A stretch of 63,877 bases of DNA, counting the filler, from Ferroacidibacillus organovorans (lineage in GTDB: Bacteria > Bacillota > Bacilli > Alicyclobacillales > SLC66): the NCBI RefSeq assembly GCF_001642725.1. It is 4 parts of 4 records of this genome, joined end to end, with 100 filler letters (N's around TTAATTAATTAA, not from the genome) between each part and the next. Parts side by side here need not be neighbours in the genome. Positions count along the whole stretch, not along the records: positions 52,555 to 63,877 come from NZ_LSUQ01000070.1; 3 more parts are not named here. The stretch is one strand, 5' to 3'. Numbering within the stretch: position 1 is the first letter of the stretch; every line of letters starts with the position of its first letter. This document shows positions 59,389 through 63,877 of the stretch, piece by piece. Below the pieces are notes generated by a model, which ran no database searches, had not been told where the DNA came from, and was given only the letters and a program-made list of their open reading frames with translations. A program made the translations under genes and the position numbers.

Positions 59389-62300
59389 ATCCATATCCCT
59401 TCCTGTCACTCTGAGGCGGCCAGACACAGACCGCCTCACTGCGCGCCGTGAAATAGAGCCATCCTTGCGACACAGGGCGCTTCCACGCGCGTTCTAGCGC
59501 GATCGCATACGCACTAACCTGACGCGCGTAGCGGGCGGCAAGCGTGTCTAGATCTTCATTCCCGCGATCCGTCTTGTAATCGATGATCGCGATCTGCTCA
59601 TCCTCAATGAGAATTGCATCGACCGTTCCCTGCATCATAACAAAACCTGCCGCGACGTGCGCGTCTTTTATGTGTTCCTCAGGCATTGCGAGCAGCCGCT
59701 CCACAGGGTCGTCCACACCTTCGCGATAGCGCACCACATCCTCTTTTACCGCCATCAAGAAGGACACTTCGCGACGGACGCAATCCGGGTGACGCAAGAG
59801 ACGCTGACCCAAACCTGATTGAAAGAAGGAAACCAACTCATCATAAGGAATTTCATCGTCTGGCAGCGGATCAAGCCACCCTGCCGTGCGCAGGCGTGCT
59901 ACTTCTTCACGCAGCACCTCTTTTGCATGGAGCGGTTTTCTTAGATCAACTTGCTGCAACACCGCATGCACAAACGTCCCGCGCGCGAGACTGTCGACAC
60001 GTTTTTCTTTGCTCCCTTGACCCTTTCGGCGAAGCGTGGAAAGTGCTGGAATTCGCTCTGCCACGCGAACTGCATCCTCATCATCCCACGCTCGCTTCCA
60101 CTCGGTGACGCTCACCTTCGCCGGGAGCGAGACGTTTTTTGCACGCTGTTCATAGAAAGTGAGCGACGCGCGCGCGACCTGTTCAATGACGCGCAGGGAA
60201 GTGCTCGGTCTTGCATCAGTAAACTCACCTTGGGGTTTTTCAGGCTCTTCCTGAAACGGTTCGCAAAGCGGCGACCATTCGATTGGCGCAGCGCGATGCG
60301 CCTGCATTTTGACGACGACCGGAGCGATCCAATCGAGCATTGCACGCGCGCGCGTCAAATCAGAAAACGATAGTGCCGCGTCTGACGTTGCAGCGCGCGC
60401 CACGTCCTCATACGACTGCCGGGCGACCGCCAAATCTCTGACCGTCCCCACGAGATATAACTGTTCGCGCGCGCGGGTCATCGCCACATAAAGCACGCGC
60501 AACTCTTCGGTCAGCGCCGCGATGCGCTCCTCCTCCTGAATCACCCGCGCGAGCACCGTATCGGCGCGCGCGCGCCGCGACTGGTCGACAAAGCGCGGCC
60601 CTAACCCAAGGTTGCGGTGAAAGGCGATGCCCGCAGTTTTACTCGTCAAGCGAAAGCGTTGCCCCAACCGCGCGACAAACACGACCGGAAACTCAAGCCC
60701 CTTGCTCTTGTGAATCGTCATGATTTGCACCGCATCTTGCATCTCAAGCGCGCGCGCGGGTCCTTCCTCATCCATTCGCTCATGCTGCGCCACTACGTAT
60801 GTCACGAAATCTGAAAAGTCACCACCGTGTGACGCATCAAACGCCAGCGCCTGATGCAAAAGTGTCTCTAGGCGCGCCACACGTTCCGCGCCTCTCTCCA
60901 TGACAGAACAAAGCGCCATCCAACGACTCGCCCCGAGCAGATAGGACACAGCCGCACCCGCGCTCATCATGCGGACCTCCGTTCGCCACACATTCAGGAT
61001 TTCAAAAAAAGACTGAATGCGCGAACGCAGCGGCGATTCGACCTTTTGCTGTTCAGTGAGCGCGTCAAAAAAACAGCCGCGCTTACCCGCACGAATCTCG
61101 GCGAGATCAGTCGTTGAGAAGCTGAAGATGCGCGAGCGCAAGACAGCCGCCAGCGGGATGTCTTGGCGCGGGTTATCAATGACTTGAAGGAGGGAAACCG
61201 CGATGCGGATCTCGATGCCATCATAAAAACTCGGACCCTGATCGGATACGCAAGGAATGCCATGGCTTCGCAGCACATCGGTGATAACGTTCGCCTGTCC
61301 GCGCGCGGCGCGAAGTAAAATTGCGATGTCTCCGTAGGAGAGTGGCGTGTATTCTGACGCAGCAGGGCGGTACACCTTTTTTCCAGCGCGTCGTAACGCG
61401 TGAATCTGCCGCGCGATCTCCTGCGCCTCCCGCTCAGTCTCGCTCGCCTCGATCTCTTCTTCGATATCTGTGTGCGCAGTCGCACCGTCTTCGTCCTGCG
61501 TATCAAGTGCAACTTCGTCTTCATCCCGCGTTCCTTGCGATGCAGCGCGATCGATGATGAGCAGTCGCACAGGCGCATTCAGCGCGTCAGGATCAAAGGG
61601 ATACTCTGCGCTAGCGGACATTTGCCCCTCTTCCCGGTACGCAAGTCCGCCAAACTCGCGCGTCATAATCATCCCAAAAAGTCCGTTGACCGCCTCAATC
61701 ACCGAAACGCGACTGCGAAAATTTTCCGCGAGCAGGATCCTCTTCCCGGGTGCCCCATCAGCAAGTTGCATTTTTTTCAGAAACAGGAGAGGTTCTGCCA
61801 TGCGAAAGCGGTAGATGCTTTGCTTTACATCACCGACTTGAAACACGTTCACCTCGCCCGTGCGCGCCACAGCAGTGAGCACCGCATCCTGAATTGGGCT
61901 TGTGTCTTGATACTCATCGACGATGATCTCCGCAAATTGTTCTTGAAACGCATAGGCGAGCGCTGTCGGTCCATCCGTTTCGTTGCGCAGTGCCTGATGC
62001 GCATAATGCTCGAGATCGGAAAAGTCCACCATTCCGCGCATGCGCTTTTTCTCTTGATACATCTCTTCAAACGCAGTGACAAGAAAAACTGCATACGAGA
62101 GAGGCGGCACCGCTGCGCGCAACTCTTCGAAGTACACCGCAGGAGGCGTTTTTAATTCCTGAAGCACTTCTTTTAAGCGATCTTCTGCCTGTGCGCGTAC
62201 ACCTGCAATGCGCTCTTTAGCCGCATCCTCATCTTTGACGGAAGGGAGCCGACTTAGTCCCTGGCCTTCTGTTCCATCCCACGCGAGTTCTTGAACACGC

Positions 62301-63091
62301 TGTTTCACATGATGAACAAGATGGATTCGCTCTTCGAAATGTCGCTGATACGACGCCGGACCATCCATGCGCAAAAGTTCAGACACGATACGCTGATAGT
62401 GCATAAGTGACTCATCCAATCGACGCAAAAGCATCTGCTGATACGCGTCGATAAAATGGACGTCACGCAGTGTCTCACATGCGGCGTCCTGGCGCAAACG
62501 CTGCATGACCTGAGCAAGCCACGCCATAGGACGCGGTTGACTCTTTGCGAATTGGTGAATTGCGAGAATGACATTGCGCAAGGAGCGTTCCGAACGATCG
62601 TCGCCATAGGCGTCGACAAACGCCCAAAAATCAGGGTCATCCTTCTGATACGCGCGCATAAGCACATCATCCAGCGCCTGATGCATGAGAATCATCGCGG
62701 CAGCCGGCTCCAATACAGAAACCCCCGGGTCAATCGGCAGGTCAAGCACGCCGCGCCGCAAGACGTTCATGCAAAAGCTGTGCAGCGTCGAGATCGACGC
62801 CTGGGGCAGGCGAGCGAGGTTTTGCCGGAGACGCGCGGAGGTGTCTCCCTGCGCTATCCGCGCAAGGATCGCGTGTTTGATGCGCTCCTTCATCTCAAGC
62901 GCCGCCGCCTCCGTAAACGTGACGATAAGCAGGCGATCAAGGTCAAGACCTTCGTCAAGCACACGCGTGAGGACGCGCTCGACGAGCACGCTGGTTTTTC
63001 CAGATCCAGCGCCCGCAGACACGAGTACTGGACCGCTGCGCGCTGCAATGGCTTCCTGCTGTGCGGGCGCAAAGATACGAGGAACCATCAC
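59369..63091 (-). CDS. addA: ATP-dependent helicase/nuclease subunit A
   Basis: AGAGSGKT, DEYQD, GDVKQSIYRFR, TIHKSKGLEF and IIDYKTD motifs. Confidence 0.95.
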   Translation of the reverse strand: MMVPRIFAPAQQEAIAARSGPVLVSAGAGSGKTSVLVERVLTRVLDEGLDLDRLLIVTFTEAAALEMKERIKHAILARIAQGDTSARLRQNLARLPQASISTLHSFCMNVLRRGVLDLPIDPGVSVLEPAAAMILMHQALDDVLMRAYQKDDPDFWAFVDAYGDDRSERSLRNVILAIHQFAKSQPRPMAWLAQVMQRLRQDAACETLRDVHFIDAYQQMLLRRLDESLMHYQRIVSELLRMDGPASYQRHFEERIHLVHHVKQRVQELAWDGTEGQGLSRLPSVKDEDAAKERIAGVRAQAEDRLKEVLQELKTPPAVYFEELRAAVPPLSYAVFLVTAFEEMYQEKKRMRGMVDFSDLEHYAHQALRNETDGPTALAYAFQEQFAEIIVDEYQDTSPIQDAVLTAVARTGEVNVFQVGDVKQSIYRFRMAEPLLFLKKMQLADGAPGKRILLAENFRSRVSVIEAVNGLFGMIMTREFGGLAYREEGQMSASAEYPFDPDALNAPVRLLIIDRAASQGTRDEDEVALDTQDEDGATAHTDIEEEIEASETEREAQEIARQIHALRRAGKKVYRPAASEYTPLSYGDIAILLRAARGQANVITDVLRSHGIPCVSDQGPSFYDGIEIRIAVSLLQVIDNPRQDIPLAAVLRSRIFSFSTTDLAEIRAGKRGCFFDALTEQQKVESPLRSRIQSFFEILNVWRTEVRMMSAGAAVSYLLGASRWMALCSVMERGAERVARLETLLHQALAFDASHGGDFSDFVTYVVAQHERMDEEGPARALEMQDAVQIMTIHKSKGLEFPVVFVARLGQRFRLTSKTAGIAFHRNLGLGPRFVDQSRRARADTVLARVIQEEERIAALTEELRVLYVAMTRAREQLYLVGTVRDLAVARQSYEDVARAATSDAALSFSDLTRARAMLDWIAPVVVKMQAHRAAPIEWSPLCEPFQEEPEKPQGEFTDARPSTSLRVIEQVARASLTFYEQRAKNVSLPAKVSVTEWKRAWDDEDAVRVAERIPALSTLRRKGQGSKEKRVDSLARGTFVHAVLQQVDLRKPLHAKEVLREEVARLRTAGWLDPLPDDEIPYDELVSFFQSGLGQRLLRHPDCVRREVSFLMAVKEDVVRYREGVDDPVERLLAMPEEHIKDAHVAAGFVMMQGTVDAILIEDEQIAIIDYKTDRGNEDLDTLAARYARQVSAYAIALERAWKRPVSQGWLYFTARSEAVCVWPPQSDRKGYGYGYEII

Positions 63092-63877
63092 TGCACCTCC
63101 CTGACATCAAGCGCAACGACGTTTAGCTGCGCAATCACGTCGTCTTTTGCAATGCTCTTGAACACGCGCATCTGACGTTCATCAAAGTGCGCCTCAAACT
63201 GGCAGACGCTCTGCAGATTGCAGTTTTGGCATGCGCGCTCTTGTTTCAATTGATAAGGAGCAATCGCGGTAACGCCATCTACCATACTTCGCGCCAGTTC
63301 TGAAGCCTTTTTCAGCGTGTGTTCGCGCAGCGCGCGCCACACTTCAGCACTGACCACCATGGCGTTTGTGTGAATCCCCGTTTTTGTCAGCATTTGCGGA
63401 AACAAGTCCTTTGCTGCCGGAAGGTTTCGATCCAGCAGTTGCAACACATCGCGATTCGCGAGACCGAGACCGCGAAAGCGGATCGGCTTACGCAGGGAGA
63501 GCGCCGCCTCCTCGTCCCGCTTTAACTCGGAAAGCGGATCGTACACAGGGACATAGTACATGCCGGCAAACTGACTCGGCGCGTGAAAGAGCGCCTCGCT
63601 CGCCGCTTCAATCACATGTGCATACACGGGCAATTGAAGTGACAATCCAAGGTACATGCGCAAAAGATCAACAGCGCGCGGCCTGCTTTTATAGTCAATC
63701 ACGCGAAAATACATGCGCTCTCCGAGAAACGCCAAATCAATTCGATCGATGCGGCCGCGAATTTTCAGCAATTCGCCATCCCCCAGTCGAATCGAGATCG
63801 GGGGTAACGTCGCACCCTCATCAAAGAGCACTTCGGTCTCTGCCGTTTTGTATGCGCTGCGCACATCGTGCTCATAG
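63088..63877 (-). CDS. addB: ATP-dependent helicase/nuclease subunit B, C-terminal part
   Basis: GRIDRID, VIDYKS, LQL..Y and C..C....C Fe-S ligands. Open to the window edge. Confidence 0.93.
   Translation of the reverse strand, partial: YEHDVRSAYKTAETEVLFDEGATLPPISIRLGDGELLKIRGRIDRIDLAFLGERMYFRVIDYKSRPRAVDLLRMYLGLSLQLPVYAHVIEAASEALFHAPSQFAGMYYVPVYDPLSELKRDEEAALSLRKPIRFRGLGLANRDVLQLLDRNLPAAKDLFPQMLTKTGIHTNAMVVSAEVWRALREHTLKKASELARSMVDGVTAIAPYQLKQERACQNCNLQSVCQFEAHFDERQMRVFKSIAKDDVIAQLNVVALDVREVQ

Overview
Draft-genome window from a spore-forming, probably acidophilic Bacilli member. Alicyclobacillaceae-like is an inference from gene content and protein style, not a database match. It is four contigs joined by artificial N/TTAATTAATTAA spacers (17660-17759, 35164-35263, 52455-52554), so adjacency across these gaps is not evidence of linkage. 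Contig 1 starts with an IS66-like end interrupting a PIN toxin and a tRNA-Lys att site with integrase arm repeats on both sides. It continues with a small redox islet (CGCGG protein and cupin-hemerythrin under Fnr-like boxes), the qoxABCD quinol oxidase operon, two unannotated paralogous micro-membrane proteins, tRNA-Leu/tRNA-Pro and housekeeping enzymes. Contig 2 (17.4 kb) is a mobile defence island: hsdM, a truncated SNF2 helicase, a HEPN protein, a VirD4-like coupling protein, a replication-relaxation relaxase, a large serine recombinase, an XRE-IetA-IetS-like operon bracketed by two copies of the recombinase 3' end, PIN modules and a cytoplasmic trypsin. Contig 3 starts with the 5' end of a class IIC group II intron and then carries core genes (ispG, ctaB, ctaA, metI/metC, mocA/coxE/coxD-like). 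Contig 4 carries a GH13 amylase, panE, metH and addAB. The top observation is that heme A synthase ctaA has an in-frame TGA exactly at its first conserved cysteine, followed by a small SECIS-like hairpin. This is a candidate selenoprotein, a nonsense allele or a sequencing error.
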